A stretch of DNA of 64,000 bases, from the NCBI GenBank assembly GCA_031409335.1, contig JANNWY010000071.1:1-64000 (forward strand), read 5' to 3'. This DNA is from Chthoniobacteraceae bacterium (GTDB lineage Bacteria; Verrucomicrobiota; Verrucomicrobiia; Chthoniobacterales; Chthoniobacteraceae). Shown here in pieces: positions 28,617-38,894 of this stretch (position 1 is its first letter; the number at the start of each line of letters is the position of its first letter). The notes under the pieces were generated by a model. The model saw only the letters and a program-made list of their open reading frames with translations. It did not search any database and was not told the origin of the DNA. The translations under genes were made by a program, and so were the position numbers.

Positions 28617-29503
28617 ACACCCGCACCTCGTTCGCTTGTTTGCACTTCGCCGTGCTGCTCTTCGGGCTCTCCGGGCTGATTGGAAAAGCGGTGAGCAGCA
28701 CCGCGCTGGTGGTGACGTGCCTGCGCTCGCTGGTCGGCGCGCTGGCGCTGGCGGCGTTTCTCGCGCTGCGCCGCGACGGTGCGCTGAGGGCCTGGCGCGG
28801 ACACTTCGGCGCATTGCTCGCGGGGGGCGCGTTGCTCGCCGTGCATTGGTGGACGTTCTTCGCGGCCATCCAGCGGAGCACCGTCGCGCTGGGGTTGCTG
28901 ACGTATGCGAGCTATCCGCTGTTCGTCACGCTGCTTGGCTGGGTTGTGTTGCGCGAACGTCCACGCCGCGCGGACCTGTTTGCGTGCGCGCTCGTGGTCG
29001 CGGGCCTCGTGCTCGTGGTGCCGGACTGGAATTTCGGTGGGCAAACGGGCCTCGCGCTGGCGTTGGGTGTGACGTCGGGCTTCACTTTCGCCGTGCTGAC
29101 GCTGCTCAACCGCCGATTGGCTCAGACGGTGCCGCCGCTGGGGCTGGTCACGGCACAGTTGGCCGCCGCCGGTCTTCTCCTACTCCCGCTCGCCGTCGCG
29201 CAACTGCCGCTGGTGCCACCGGGCGATTGGGTGTGGCTCGTGGTGCTCGGCATTGTTTTCACCGGGCTGGCGCACGCGTGTTTCACCGCGTCGCTCCGGC
29301 GCGTGCGCATGGCAGTCGTGGGCGTGGTGGCGGCGTTGGAGCCGGTCTATGGCATCGCCGCTGCGTGGTTGTTTCTCCGTGAACAGCCCTCGGCCTTGAT
29401 GCTCCTCGGCGGCGCGTTCATCATCGGAGCGAGTGTGCTGAGCCTCTTTGTGAAACCGGCAGTCGCCATCGTCCGGCCTAAGAACGTGAAGCCCGCGCCA
29501 TAG
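28613..29503 (+). CDS. DMT/EamA family transporter
   Basis: About 10 TM helices; HWWTFFAAIQ, YPLFVTLL, FTGLAH, LEPVYGI. Confidence 0.88.
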   Translation: MNTRTSFACLHFAVLLFGLSGLIGKAVSSTALVVTCLRSLVGALALAAFLALRRDGALRAWRGHFGALLAGGALLAVHWWTFFAAIQRSTVALGLLTYASYPLFVTLLGWVVLRERPRRADLFACALVVAGLVLVVPDWNFGGQTGLALALGVTSGFTFAVLTLLNRRLAQTVPPLGLVTAQLAAAGLLLLPLAVAQLPLVPPGDWVWLVVLGIVFTGLAHACFTASLRRVRMAVVGVVAALEPVYGIAAAWLFLREQPSALMLLGGAFIIGASVLSLFVKPAVAIVRPKNVKPAP

Positions 29504-29548
29504 CTGCCCGTGTTTTATCCGTGACGATCCTGGCGGCGCGGAGAGCCT

Positions 29549-29878
29549 TTACGCCACCGTCAGCGGGCCGTCGAACATGGTGAGGCTGACGACCTCGGTC
29601 TTTGCCACGTGCGGGCCGTGTCGCACGCCTTTCGGCGCAAAGAAGAGCGTGCCAGATGTGTAGGTGACGCTGCCTTCCTGCCACTCGCCCGAGAGTATCC
29701 ATGCCCATTCATTGGCCACGGGATGGGTGTGCGCCGGGATGGTCATGCCTGCTTGAAATTTCCGCAGGACGACGACTCCGCCAGTCGCTTCGTGGGTATG
29801 GAGGATTTTCAACTCGACGCCATCGTAAGGGCCGGGCTGCCAGGGTTTGTCTTCGGCGAGCGCGATGTAGGGAAACAT
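29549..29878 (-). CDS. Cupin domain protein (ChrR-like)
   Basis: PAHTHP..E.AWILSGEW..G.LFFAPKGVRHGP; start MFPYIA at 29878. Confidence 0.8.
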   Translation of the reverse strand: MFPYIALAEDKPWQPGPYDGVELKILHTHEATGGVVVLRKFQAGMTIPAHTHPVANEWAWILSGEWQEGSVTYTSGTLFFAPKGVRHGPHVAKTEVVSLTMFDGPLTVA

Positions 29879-29930
29879 GGTGCCATGCAACTGCGCGCCC
29901 GGGTGGACGGCAAGCGCGGCGTCGCCGTTG

Positions 29931-31424
29931 TCAAAGTTCCGTGTCGCGAATGGTTCGGAGCAGTTCTTCGAGGCGCGTCCAGAATTCCCGTCCCGATGGG
30001 AGGCCATTGCCCATGAGGGCGAAGGTGAGTTCGCGGCCTGCGGCGGTGCGGATGAAGCCGGCCTTGGTTTTTACGCCGGACATGCCGCCGATCTTTCCGC
30101 GCACGGTGCCGCCGGCGTAGGCGGTGAGGCTTTCGTAAAATCGCTGGCCGTGCGGGCCGCGGCGGGCGGCGAGATTGACGCGGGCGAGGTCGAGCGGGCG
30201 GATCATGTTGGCGCGGGCGAGGCCGCTGCCGTCGAGCAGGCGCAGGCCGGTGAATGCGACGCCCGCTTTTTCCCAATACTGCCGCACGGCGTCCGCGGGA
30301 GCAGTGCCCTGCCGCTGACCGATCGTGAGGAAAAGGCACTGCGCTTCGAGGTTGTCGGAGACCTGGTGAAGGTGGTCGATGATTTCGGCGAGCGGCGCGG
30401 ACTGGTGAGTGGCGAGCATCGTTTTCGCGGTCGTGGCAAATGGGCCGGGAGCGTCGCTGAATTTCACACCGGCGCCTGTGAGGCGCGCGCGGAGCAGCTC
30501 GGCGGCGAGGGCAGGGGGATCGGGGATCGCGCCATAGATGGGGAAATTCCCCGCGCCAGCCGGGACGGTCCCGCGCAGAGTGACCGTGCGGCCATAGGGT
30601 TCCGAGTAAATGACGACTTCATCGCCGCTGCTGGCAGGGCCGGTGATGACACGATTTTCCCAGCGGGTGTCGCGCGGCGCAGGGCCGCCGCCGAGAAATT
30701 TTGCGGGCTCACCGGGCTGCGCGCCAGGCTCGAAGCGGACTTCGAGCCGGTTGTGTTCGAGGTTCAACCCAAAGGCTCCCGCGCCGTAGGCATTGCCGAT
30801 GTCGCCCCAGTTCCAATACTCGCTCATCGGATCGTGCGGAAAGACCGAGGCATCGACCCGCAGGCTTCCGGCGACCTTTTTCAAACCGCTCGCGATCGCA
30901 GCGTCGGCGAGTTCGTCGAGGTCGGCTTGTGAAAAAGTGGGATCGCCACTGCCGACGAGCACGAGATCGCCGTCGAGCGTTCCCGCGGCAGCGATCGGCG
31001 CGGTGGCGGTCAGCATCGTCTCAAAGCGAAACTCCGGTCCGAGGATTCCGAACGCCGCGCCAGTCGTCACGGTCTTCAGCGCGGACGCAGGGCACAGCGC
31101 AGTCGCGGCGAGCGGCGATGCAAAAAGGGTGCCGCCGTTTTCATCGAGCAGGCAAAAGCCGAGCAGCGCGCCGGCGAGCTTCGGATCGGCCGACCATTCG
31201 CGGAAGATGCGCTCGATTTTGCCTTCCGGCATCGGCGCAATCTCTGTTTGCGCGACGGGTTTTTCCTCGCGCTGATGGTCAGTGCGCAGGCCCATTACCA
31301 CAGCCGCTGCCCAGCCGGAAAGCAGCAGGATCAGTTGAAGGAGAACTATGAAAGGAGATCGTTTGGAGACGGTCACGCGATTCAGGCTATGCAACTTCGT
31401 GCGGAAGTTGCCGCAAAAATCCAA
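29931..31424 (-). CDS. dacB: D-alanyl-D-alanine carboxypeptidase/endopeptidase (peptidase S13)
   Basis: PASALK (SxxK), GSGDPTF, SDN, DGSGLAR, KIG variant of KTG. True start is probably slightly downstream of 31424. Confidence 0.85.
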   Translation of the reverse strand: MDFCGNFRTKLHSLNRVTVSKRSPFIVLLQLILLLSGWAAAVVMGLRTDHQREEKPVAQTEIAPMPEGKIERIFREWSADPKLAGALLGFCLLDENGGTLFASPLAATALCPASALKTVTTGAAFGILGPEFRFETMLTATAPIAAAGTLDGDLVLVGSGDPTFSQADLDELADAAIASGLKKVAGSLRVDASVFPHDPMSEYWNWGDIGNAYGAGAFGLNLEHNRLEVRFEPGAQPGEPAKFLGGGPAPRDTRWENRVITGPASSGDEVVIYSEPYGRTVTLRGTVPAGAGNFPIYGAIPDPPALAAELLRARLTGAGVKFSDAPGPFATTAKTMLATHQSAPLAEIIDHLHQVSDNLEAQCLFLTIGQRQGTAPADAVRQYWEKAGVAFTGLRLLDGSGLARANMIRPLDLARVNLAARRGPHGQRFYESLTAYAGGTVRGKIGGMSGVKTKAGFIRTAAGRELTFALMGNGLPSGREFWTRLEELLRTIRDTEL

Positions 31425-31586
31425 CTACGTCGGCGCGCTCACGACGCCGGATGCGCTTTTCACTTGTTCCAAGGAAAAGAGCGTTACGTCCACGCTGCGG
31501 GACATGACGATGAGAGAGGGCGCGCGGCTTGCGGGTGCGAAGAATTTCCCTCGTCATCGAAATCGGCGGGCGTTCCACTCGCCGCG

Positions 31587-32741
31587 ATGTCCGACCGTGA
31601 TCACTTTCTCGAAAAACTCCGCGCCAGCGTGGAGAGCGGCACTTTCGTAAAGCTCACGCTCAGCCAGCCGACGGAAGCCGCAGGGGCGCTCCGCAATCTT
31701 TATGTGCGCATCGTCGAGCTTCGCGAAGGTCGCCAGGTCTCCTGTGTGTGGCGGTACGCGACGCGCGATGTGACGAAAAACTTCTCCACGGACGAAGCGC
31801 TGGAAACGATCGGAAAAGTGCTTGGCCATGAACTCGAACGCGCGCATCTTTTCACCACCACCGGCGACTGGCAGTGGCGGATCGGCGGCGCGTTGAAAGC
31901 ATCGCGCCCCGCATTCACACAGCTCCCGCCGCCCGCTCACGATCGCGAAAAGCCGCGCGCGATTTCGCTCCAGAGCGGCTTCCTACGCGCGCTCGGCGTC
32001 ACCAATGCTGACGGGAAGCCGCGGCCCGGCAAGGCGGACAAACTGCGGCAAATCGAGCGATTCACCGAATTGCTCGGGCATCTCGTCGATGACTCGCCAC
32101 TGCGCGATCGGCGCGCCGTGCGGGTGGTCGATATGGGTGCGGGAAAGGGCTACCTGACCTTTGCGACTTTCGATTGTTTTCGCGCGCGCGGGGTCTCGGC
32201 GGATGTCACGGGAATTGAATTGCGGGCGGACTTGGTGGAGCTGGGAAATCGCGTCGCGAAGGAAGTCGGTTTCGACGGATTGCGCTTCGTGCAAGGCGCG
32301 ATCGGCGAGGTTGCAGCGGATGCCTGCGACGTGCTCATCGCGCTGCACGCGTGCGACACCGCGACGGACGATGCGCTCCACGAAGGCATCCGCGCCGACG
32401 CATCGCTCATCGTCGCCGCACCCTGCTGTCACAAGGAAATCCGCCCGCAGATGCAGCCCCCGCCCGTGCTGCGCGATGTGTTGAAACACGGCATCCTGCT
32501 CGAACGCGAGGCCGAGATCGTGACGGATGCGATCCGCGCGCTGCTGCTGGAAATCCACGGCTACAAAGCGAGCGTTTTTGAGTTCATCTCGCCCGAGCAC
32601 ACCGGCAAGAATCTGATGATCGCCGCGCAACGTCGCGCGTACCCGCTCGATCCCGCACCCATGCGCGAGCGCCTGCGCGCACTGCTCGACTTTCACCAAA
32701 TCCGCGAGCAGCGCCTTGCGAAAAACCTCGGCGAACTATGA
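31587..32741 (+). CDS. SAM-dependent methyltransferase
   Basis: KLRQIERF, VDMGAGKGYLTF, IALHACDTATD, APCCH, EHTGKN. Confidence 0.88.
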   Translation: MSDRDHFLEKLRASVESGTFVKLTLSQPTEAAGALRNLYVRIVELREGRQVSCVWRYATRDVTKNFSTDEALETIGKVLGHELERAHLFTTTGDWQWRIGGALKASRPAFTQLPPPAHDREKPRAISLQSGFLRALGVTNADGKPRPGKADKLRQIERFTELLGHLVDDSPLRDRRAVRVVDMGAGKGYLTFATFDCFRARGVSADVTGIELRADLVELGNRVAKEVGFDGLRFVQGAIGEVAADACDVLIALHACDTATDDALHEGIRADASLIVAAPCCHKEIRPQMQPPPVLRDVLKHGILLEREAEIVTDAIRALLLEIHGYKASVFEFISPEHTGKNLMIAAQRRAYPLDPAPMRERLRALLDFHQIREQRLAKNLGEL

Positions 32742-33754
32742 GCCACTGGCCTTCCCAACAACTCGCCACCCTGCGCCGCCTCCGCGAGCGCTTCCTCGCG
32801 CGCACCGCTGGCGAGCGCGACTACTGGAAATCGCCCGATGAACTCGCGCTCTACGATTCCACATTCGGCGAACGCATCGGCTGGAAATGGGACGCCGTGC
32901 TCGCCGAACTCGCCGCCCGCCACTGGCAGCCGCGCAGCAAACACATCCTCGACTGGGGCTGCGGCAGTGGCATCGCCGGCCGCCGCGTGCTCGCGCAATG
33001 GCCGCACCTCGAATCGCTCGCGCTTCACGACCGCTCCCGCCTTGCCTGCCGTTTCGCCGCCGAGCGCGCCCGCGCCGCGCACCCGCGCGTGACTTTGCGC
33101 GAGATGCGCGACGTCGGCCCGGACACCATGCTCGTGCTCAGCCACGTCCTCAGTGAACTCCCGCCCGCAGAACTGGCCGCCCTGCTCGCCCTCGCCCGGA
33201 AAGCGCGTGAAGTGCTTTGGGTCGAAGCCGGCACACACGAAGATAGCCGCCGCCTCATCGCCGAAGTGCGCGAAGCGCTGCTCCCGGAGTTTGCCACCGT
33301 CGCGCCCTGCACCCATCAGGCGCGGTGCGGCATGATGGTCGCGGAAAATGCGCCGCACTGGTGCCACCACTTCGCGCCAGTGCCGTCGGAGATTTTCCGC
33401 GATGGAAAGTGGATGGAGTTTGGACGCGACCTGAAGATCGACCTCCGCTCGCTGCCCTACAGTTTCCTCGTCCTTCAGCGCGCGGCCGATCACCTGCCGA
33501 TGCCGCCGGATTTCTCCCGCGTCATCGGTCGTCCTCGCGAGGCCACCGGCTACTGCAAAATCCTGAGCTGCCATGCGGACGGCGTCAGCGAGTCGATGCT
33601 GCAAAAGCGCGATGCGCCGGATTTGCATCGCGCATTTCGCAAGGGAACGGCCGGGTCGATTTACCGATGGAAAATCGACCATGGGAGAATCACCGGTGCA
33701 TCCACTTTGGATGAAAAAGACGCAATAAACCGCGCGCCAAACGGATCGCCATAA
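32738..33754 (+). CDS. Rsm22-like SAM-dependent methyltransferase
   Basis: ILDWGCGSG, SHVLSEL, VEAGT, VAPCTHQARC, WCH, YSFLVL. Confidence 0.75.
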   Translation: MSHWPSQQLATLRRLRERFLARTAGERDYWKSPDELALYDSTFGERIGWKWDAVLAELAARHWQPRSKHILDWGCGSGIAGRRVLAQWPHLESLALHDRSRLACRFAAERARAAHPRVTLREMRDVGPDTMLVLSHVLSELPPAELAALLALARKAREVLWVEAGTHEDSRRLIAEVREALLPEFATVAPCTHQARCGMMVAENAPHWCHHFAPVPSEIFRDGKWMEFGRDLKIDLRSLPYSFLVLQRAADHLPMPPDFSRVIGRPREATGYCKILSCHADGVSESMLQKRDAPDLHRAFRKGTAGSIYRWKIDHGRITGASTLDEKDAINRAPNGSP

Positions 33755-33830
33755 CGTCCGCCGAGAAGTCGAGAAACATGGTTTGAATACCCGCGAACCC
33801 GCTATTTCTCTTGTTGCGGCGGCAGTTTGA

Positions 33831-34364
33831 ATGCCCCACAATCCCAACTTTATGACGCCAGAATTTTCCCCGCGCATCCCGACGATTCGCAAAGCCCATC
33901 TTCCCCCCGGTTTTGCTTATCCGCTCGGAGCCGGTCCAGTCAGTGAGGTTCTCACCGAGGTTCCTCAGTTCAACAAGTTGACTCTCAGCTTTTCGAATCT
34001 CACGCCACTTCTTCGCCCGCCGCTCCGGGTGCCCGGGTTCCCCGTCCTGCGGCTCACATACAGCAACTATCCGCAATACATCCCGCGGAACGTGGCGGCG
34101 GAAGACATCGCAAAAACCTTTGGCGGCGAACGCTGGCACATCGAAATCCTTCCCACCGAAGTCGAGCGCAGGATGACCGTGCAGCAACTCCTGATCGATA
34201 CCGGTATCGCGCTCCTGCGCGACTGGATGGTCGGACCCGACGCGCCGACCGGGGCGGACCAAGCGAAGCGCGTGGTCGAGGTGTGGTATTTCTACGACAC
34301 CGGAGTTATCAAACTCCACATCGTGAACATGAATCACAACGAAAAATCCGAATCGAAGGAGTGA
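33831..34364 (+). CDS. Hypothetical protein
   Basis: 177-aa ORF filling the gap on the same strand as its neighbours; no motif recognised. Confidence 0.55.
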   Translation: MPHNPNFMTPEFSPRIPTIRKAHLPPGFAYPLGAGPVSEVLTEVPQFNKLTLSFSNLTPLLRPPLRVPGFPVLRLTYSNYPQYIPRNVAAEDIAKTFGGERWHIEILPTEVERRMTVQQLLIDTGIALLRDWMVGPDAPTGADQAKRVVEVWYFYDTGVIKLHIVNMNHNEKSESKE

Positions 34365-34465
34365 TGGTGCGGTAGAGATGCGGCGGGCGGGCCGTATGGT
34401 GGGGAATCTCGAAATCAAGATAATCTTTGCGTGATCGTTCTTTCAGGAAATAATGAAAGAAAGGT

Positions 34466-35011
34466 ATGACCGCCTCGAAAGCCACCCTGGCAGCAGCCGA
34501 AAGCGCAAGATTGAGCGCGGCGCGGGATGAGTTCATCACGCAATGGGGCGCGATGGGAAGCGCGTGGGGGATCAACCGGACGATGGCGCAGATTCATGCG
34601 CTGCTGCTCATCACCGATCGCGCGCTGAGCACGGATGAGATCATGGACGACCTGAAGATCAGCCGGGGGAATGCGAATATGAATCTCCGCGACCTGGTCG
34701 GCTGGGGGTTGATTCGGAGCGTGATTCGGAAGGGAGAGCGAAAGGAGTACTTCGAGGCGGAGAAAGATGTTTGGAAGGTGTTTTGCACCATCGTCCGGGA
34801 GCGGAAGCGTCGCGAAATCCGACCGGCCATCAACGTGCTCAAGGATTGCATCGACCGGACCGACGATCTCACTTCCCCGGAAGCGGCGGCTTTTACCAGG
34901 CAGGCGGAGGCGCTGTGCGAGTTTATGGAAATGGCCGACGGCGTCCTCAGCAAAGTGGTGCGCTCGCAGGAAAGCTCGATCGTCCCGTGGGCGTTGAAAT
35001 TTCTCAAATGA
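34466..35011 (+). CDS. GbsR/MarR family transcriptional regulator
   Basis: FITQWGAMGSAWGINRTMAQIHALL, ISRGNANMNLRDL, GERKEYFEAEKD. Confidence 0.9.
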   Translation: MTASKATLAAAESARLSAARDEFITQWGAMGSAWGINRTMAQIHALLLITDRALSTDEIMDDLKISRGNANMNLRDLVGWGLIRSVIRKGERKEYFEAEKDVWKVFCTIVRERKRREIRPAINVLKDCIDRTDDLTSPEAAAFTRQAEALCEFMEMADGVLSKVVRSQESSIVPWALKFLK

Positions 35012-35089
35012 GAAACGCCATCTTTTTGCCAATCACTTTCAACGAATCCTGAAACAACAAGAACAACAAATAGAAAGGAAATCAATGCC

Positions 35090-35491
35090 ATGAACCCGAC
35101 CGTCTGGACCTACATCGCCTACCTCACCATCAGCGTCGCCCTGACCGTCTGGGTTGCCCGCACGCTCCACAAAAATGGGCGCATCTTCCTCGTGGACAGT
35201 TTCCACGGCAACGAACAACTCGCCGACTCGATCAATCACCTGCTGCTCGTCGGCTTCTATCTCATCAATATCGGCTATGTAAGCCTCGCGCTGAAATACG
35301 GCGACAAACCCGCGAATCTCCAGGAGGTGCTCGAAGCTCTCAGCACGAAGGTCGGCGCCGTGCTCCTGATTCTCGGCGCGATGCACTTCTTCAATCTCTA
35401 TGTCTTCTCGAAGATGCGCCGTCGCGCCCTGCTGCACGGCGCGCCACCGCCGATCCCGCCAAATGCGCACCTCCCGGTCGCCAGCCGGTGA
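35090..35491 (+). CDS. Small membrane protein (3 TM)
   Basis: LHKNGRIFL, LADSINHLLLVGFYLINIGY, LGAMHFFN; operonic with the GbsR gene. Confidence 0.8.
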   Translation: MNPTVWTYIAYLTISVALTVWVARTLHKNGRIFLVDSFHGNEQLADSINHLLLVGFYLINIGYVSLALKYGDKPANLQEVLEALSTKVGAVLLILGAMHFFNLYVFSKMRRRALLHGAPPPIPPNAHLPVASR

Positions 35492-35928
35492 AAACCCTTT
35501 ACGTCCTTTACGATGGCCGCTGTGAATTTTGCCGGCGTTGCCGTGGCTGGCTCGGTCAGCAGCCCGCGTTCGTCCCGCTCGCTTTCATCCCGCTGCAGTC
35601 GCCGGAGATCGCGGTTCGTTTCCCGGGCATTGAGAGCCTTCACCCCGAAGAACGCCTCGTGGTGATCAGTGACGAAGGAGATGCCTGGCGCGGTGACGGA
35701 GCGTGGATCATGTGCCTGTGGGCATTGCGCGAGTATCGCGAGTGGTCGCTGCGTTTCGCAAATCCGCTGCTTCGACCGTTCGCCCGGCAGGCGTGTGAGC
35801 TGATCTCGGAAAAGCGTCACGCGATCTCGCGCTGGCTGGCCGCTGAGCCGACTGAGCGACTGCGCGCGCGACTCGCCGCAGTCCGGCGTGAAGAGTGCGG
35901 GCAGGATGGCTACTGCAAAGCCCGGTAG
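35488..35928 (+). CDS. DCC1-like thiol-disulfide oxidoreductase (DUF393)
   Basis: VLYDGRCEFC (DxxCxxC). Confidence 0.85.
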   Translation: MKTLYVLYDGRCEFCRRCRGWLGQQPAFVPLAFIPLQSPEIAVRFPGIESLHPEERLVVISDEGDAWRGDGAWIMCLWALREYREWSLRFANPLLRPFARQACELISEKRHAISRWLAAEPTERLRARLAAVRREECGQDGYCKAR

Positions 35929-35941
35929 CGTGCGGCATTCC

Positions 35942-36895
35942 ATGAAGATCGTGATCCCAGGCGGTTCAGGCCAAGTCGGCACGCTGCTCGCCCGGGCGTT
36001 CCACGCGGGCGGCCACGAGGTCTGCGTGCTCAGCCGGACTCCCGGGGATTTGCCGTGGGCCGCGATCTTTTGGGATGGGGAAATGCTCGGCGACTGGTGC
36101 AAGGCGATCGATGGCGCCGATGTCGTGATCAACCTCGCGGGGCGCAGCGTGAACTGCCGCTACAACGCCGCGAACCGGCATGAAATCATGCGCTCGCGGG
36201 TGAACTCGACGCGCGCCATCGCAGCCGCAATCGCCAGCGCATGGCATCCGCCGCGCGTCTGGCTGCAAGCAAGCACGGCAACCATCTACGCACACCGCTT
36301 TGATGCGCCAAATGATGAAATCAGCGGGATCGTGGGTGGAGACGAGCCGGGTGCGCCGGACTCATGGCGCTTCAGCATCAAAGTCGCGCAAGCGTGGGAA
36401 AACGCGGCAATGGAAATCCCCACGCCCCGAACAAGGCTCGTCCTGATGCGATCCGCGATGACGATGAGCCCGGCCCGCGGCGGCATTTTCGATACGCTAC
36501 TCGGCCTCACGCGCTGCGGCCTGGGCGGGCGCGCTGGCAATGGACGCCAGTATATCTCGTGGATTCACGAAGCGGATTTTATCCGTGCGGTCCATTGGCT
36601 GGTCGAGCACGAGTCATTGCACGGCCCGGTGAATATCGCCGCACCCGAACCGCTGCCGAACGCGGAGTTCATGCGCATCCTGCGCGCCGCTCATCGAATG
36701 CCATTCGGTCTGCCCGCAGCGGAGTGGATGCTCGAAATCGGAGCGCGCCTCCTCCGCACCGAGACTGAGCTGATTCTCAAAAGCCGCCGCGTCATACCGC
36801 GACTCCTCCTCGATTCCGGCTTCACGTTCCAGTTTCCCCACTGGAATGCCGCCGCGCGCGACCTGTGCCAGCGCAGTCGCATATCGCGTGGGTGA
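35942..36895 (+). CDS. TIGR01777-type NAD-dependent epimerase/oxidoreductase (YfcH-like)
   Basis: MKIVIPGGSGQVG, VINLAGRSV, SRVNST, GNGRQYISWIH. Confidence 0.88.
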   Translation: MKIVIPGGSGQVGTLLARAFHAGGHEVCVLSRTPGDLPWAAIFWDGEMLGDWCKAIDGADVVINLAGRSVNCRYNAANRHEIMRSRVNSTRAIAAAIASAWHPPRVWLQASTATIYAHRFDAPNDEISGIVGGDEPGAPDSWRFSIKVAQAWENAAMEIPTPRTRLVLMRSAMTMSPARGGIFDTLLGLTRCGLGGRAGNGRQYISWIHEADFIRAVHWLVEHESLHGPVNIAAPEPLPNAEFMRILRAAHRMPFGLPAAEWMLEIGARLLRTETELILKSRRVIPRLLLDSGFTFQFPHWNAAARDLCQRSRISRG

Positions 36896-36952
36896 AGACT
36901 TTGTGCGTGGATGAGGTTGCCACGGCTCTCGTCACGGCTATCCCTTTACCTC

Positions 36953-37165
36953 ATGCAGGATATTGGAAAGTTCATCGTCATCCTCGGTCTCGTAGTCATC
37001 GCGATCGGGGCGTTTATCTGGAAGACAGGCGGGCTCGGAGGGCTCGGGAAACTGCCCGGCGACATCTTTGTGCAGAAAGGCGATTCCTCATTCTACTTTC
37101 CAATCGTCACATGCCTCGTCCTTAGCGTCGTATTGACTCTGCTCAGTTGGCTGTTTCGGAAATAA
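36953..37165 (+). CDS. DUF2905 family small membrane protein
   Basis: GLGKLPGDI..FYFPIVTCLVLS. Confidence 0.85.
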   Translation: MQDIGKFIVILGLVVIAIGAFIWKTGGLGGLGKLPGDIFVQKGDSSFYFPIVTCLVLSVVLTLLSWLFRK

Positions 37166-37246
37166 ATCGGCGATCACTCCTTTCCGCGATCAACGATGTG
37201 CTGAAGCCTAAGCCATCCACCGCTCGCTGACATTCTTCATCCATCC

Positions 37247-37504
37247 ATGCCATCGCCATCCCACCATCCCCGCGATCCTCTCCACGGCATCACCCTCGAA
37301 ACAATCCTGAAAGAACTCGTCGGGAAGCATGGCTGGGCGGAAATGGGTGCGCGGGTTCCGATTCGCTGCTTTCAGTATGACCCGAGCATCAAATCCAGCC
37401 TGACCTTTCTTCGCAAGACACCGTGGGCGCGGAAGCGGGTGGAGGACTGGTTTGCGTGGGAAGCTTCGGAGATTGGGCAGGCGGATTCTCGCGACTCGAA
37501 ATGA
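37247..37504 (+). CDS. VF530 (DUF2132) family DNA-binding protein
   Basis: [33 protein letters not shown]. Confidence 0.9.
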   Translation: MPSPSHHPRDPLHGITLETILKELVGKHGWAEMGARVPIRCFQYDPSIKSSLTFLRKTPWARKRVEDWFAWEASEIGQADSRDSK

Positions 37505-38040
37505 GTCCAAGCGATGCATCGTCCGCGGCATCGCGCCTTTGTTCGGAGTGCGGACTTTGCTGCAATGGCGTGATGTTTCACACCGTGCGAATGCAACCCG
37601 CCGATTCGCCAAAGGCCCTCGCCTCGCTCGGCCTCAAGTTGAAGCGAAAACGGGGCGCAAACTACATTCTCCAGCCGTGTCCCGCATTTTGTGGCTCGCA
37701 CTGTGCCATCTACGAATCGCGCCCGGAACGCTGCCGCGTTTTTGAATGCGAGCAATTGAAGCGTGTCGCCGCCGGCATGATCACCGAGCCCGTCGCGCGG
37801 GAAAATATCCGCCAGGCGAAAGTGAAGGTCGCGGAGCTGGATGAACTGTTGAAAAGTGCCGGTGCCGGTGCCACGAAACGCCCGCTCGCCAAGCGTTTTG
37901 AGAAAGCGACGGCTGAACCACTCGATGATTCATCGGAGATCGCCACGCTCCAACTCCGAGGCCGCCTGACCACCGCAATGCGCGAACTGAACGCCATTCT
38001 CGACTGCGAATTCCGCACCATCCCAGCCGCGAAGCCGTGA
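37501..38040 (+). CDS. YkgJ family cysteine-cluster protein
   Basis: [32 protein letters not shown]. Confidence 0.88.
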   Translation: MSPSDASSAASRLCSECGLCCNGVMFHTVRMQPADSPKALASLGLKLKRKRGANYILQPCPAFCGSHCAIYESRPERCRVFECEQLKRVAAGMITEPVARENIRQAKVKVAELDELLKSAGAGATKRPLAKRFEKATAEPLDDSSEIATLQLRGRLTTAMRELNAILDCEFRTIPAAKP

Positions 38041-38557
38041 AGCCCGGTTGCCCAGTTGCCCGGTTGCCTTGTGGAAACCGGTCGGAGCATTCCGCACCTC
38101 CCGCAAACGAATGGCAACCAAAGCACAGCGATGCCTCCGCAAATCGGGAAGGGCAAAATGGCTTGGGCCGCGGGATTGGTCGAACGTCGAGTTGCGATCT
38201 CGGTCCACGGGATAGATTCCCAATGCGGCCAGGGACATCAAATCCGTGCAAAAGACCGATTCGTCGAGAGACACTGATACAAAAGGCGGACGATTGTGAG
38301 AAGTGGCCACCAATTCGCTGTAGGAGATTGGATGACAAAATATTCAGCTTTCCGGCGCTTTCCGCACGCCCAGCAGGTAGGGTAGAAATACACCCCGGGA
38401 ATTCGTGGCTAAGATAGTTCATCTCCAACAAATCAACTAAGAAGAATCCAGCGCCCCTTCACCATTCATAGCGCGGACTGCAATTCCGATTTACACGTTC
38501 AAATGAAACCGCAAACGTCGATTTTGGATCGTGCTATAAGTGAAACAAAAGACACTG

Positions 38558-38586
38558 TTGACATTATTTCCAGAATCATGTCTCAT
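38558..38586 (+). promoter_or_regulatory. Candidate sigma70-type promoter for the EPS operon
   Basis: TTGACA (38558), 17-bp spacer, TCTCAT (4/6 match to TATAAT), in an AT-rich intergenic region. Confidence 0.3.
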
Positions 38587-38894
38587 TCCGCCCCTTCTTA
38601 ACACAGGAGGGATTCGCCCAAACCTTCCCAAAAAAGGATGTTCGGAATGAAAAGCACATCATCAAGTTTCTTAAAATGCGGGTCCAGCGCGAAATTCGCT
38701 AAGGCATGCAGGTGCGGCAGCGTGCCGCAACGAGGTTTTCTGCTGCGCGATCGAGAATTCGCACTTCCGCTGTTTATTGAAGATTCCTATTTTTATAGTT
38801 CGCGGCGCGCTGGATTTGATTCTGGTGCATCCTATTTCGGCGGAAAGACAGTTTCGGCCGACTGTTAGGCAAATGGCTCGGCAACCCTCTCAAG

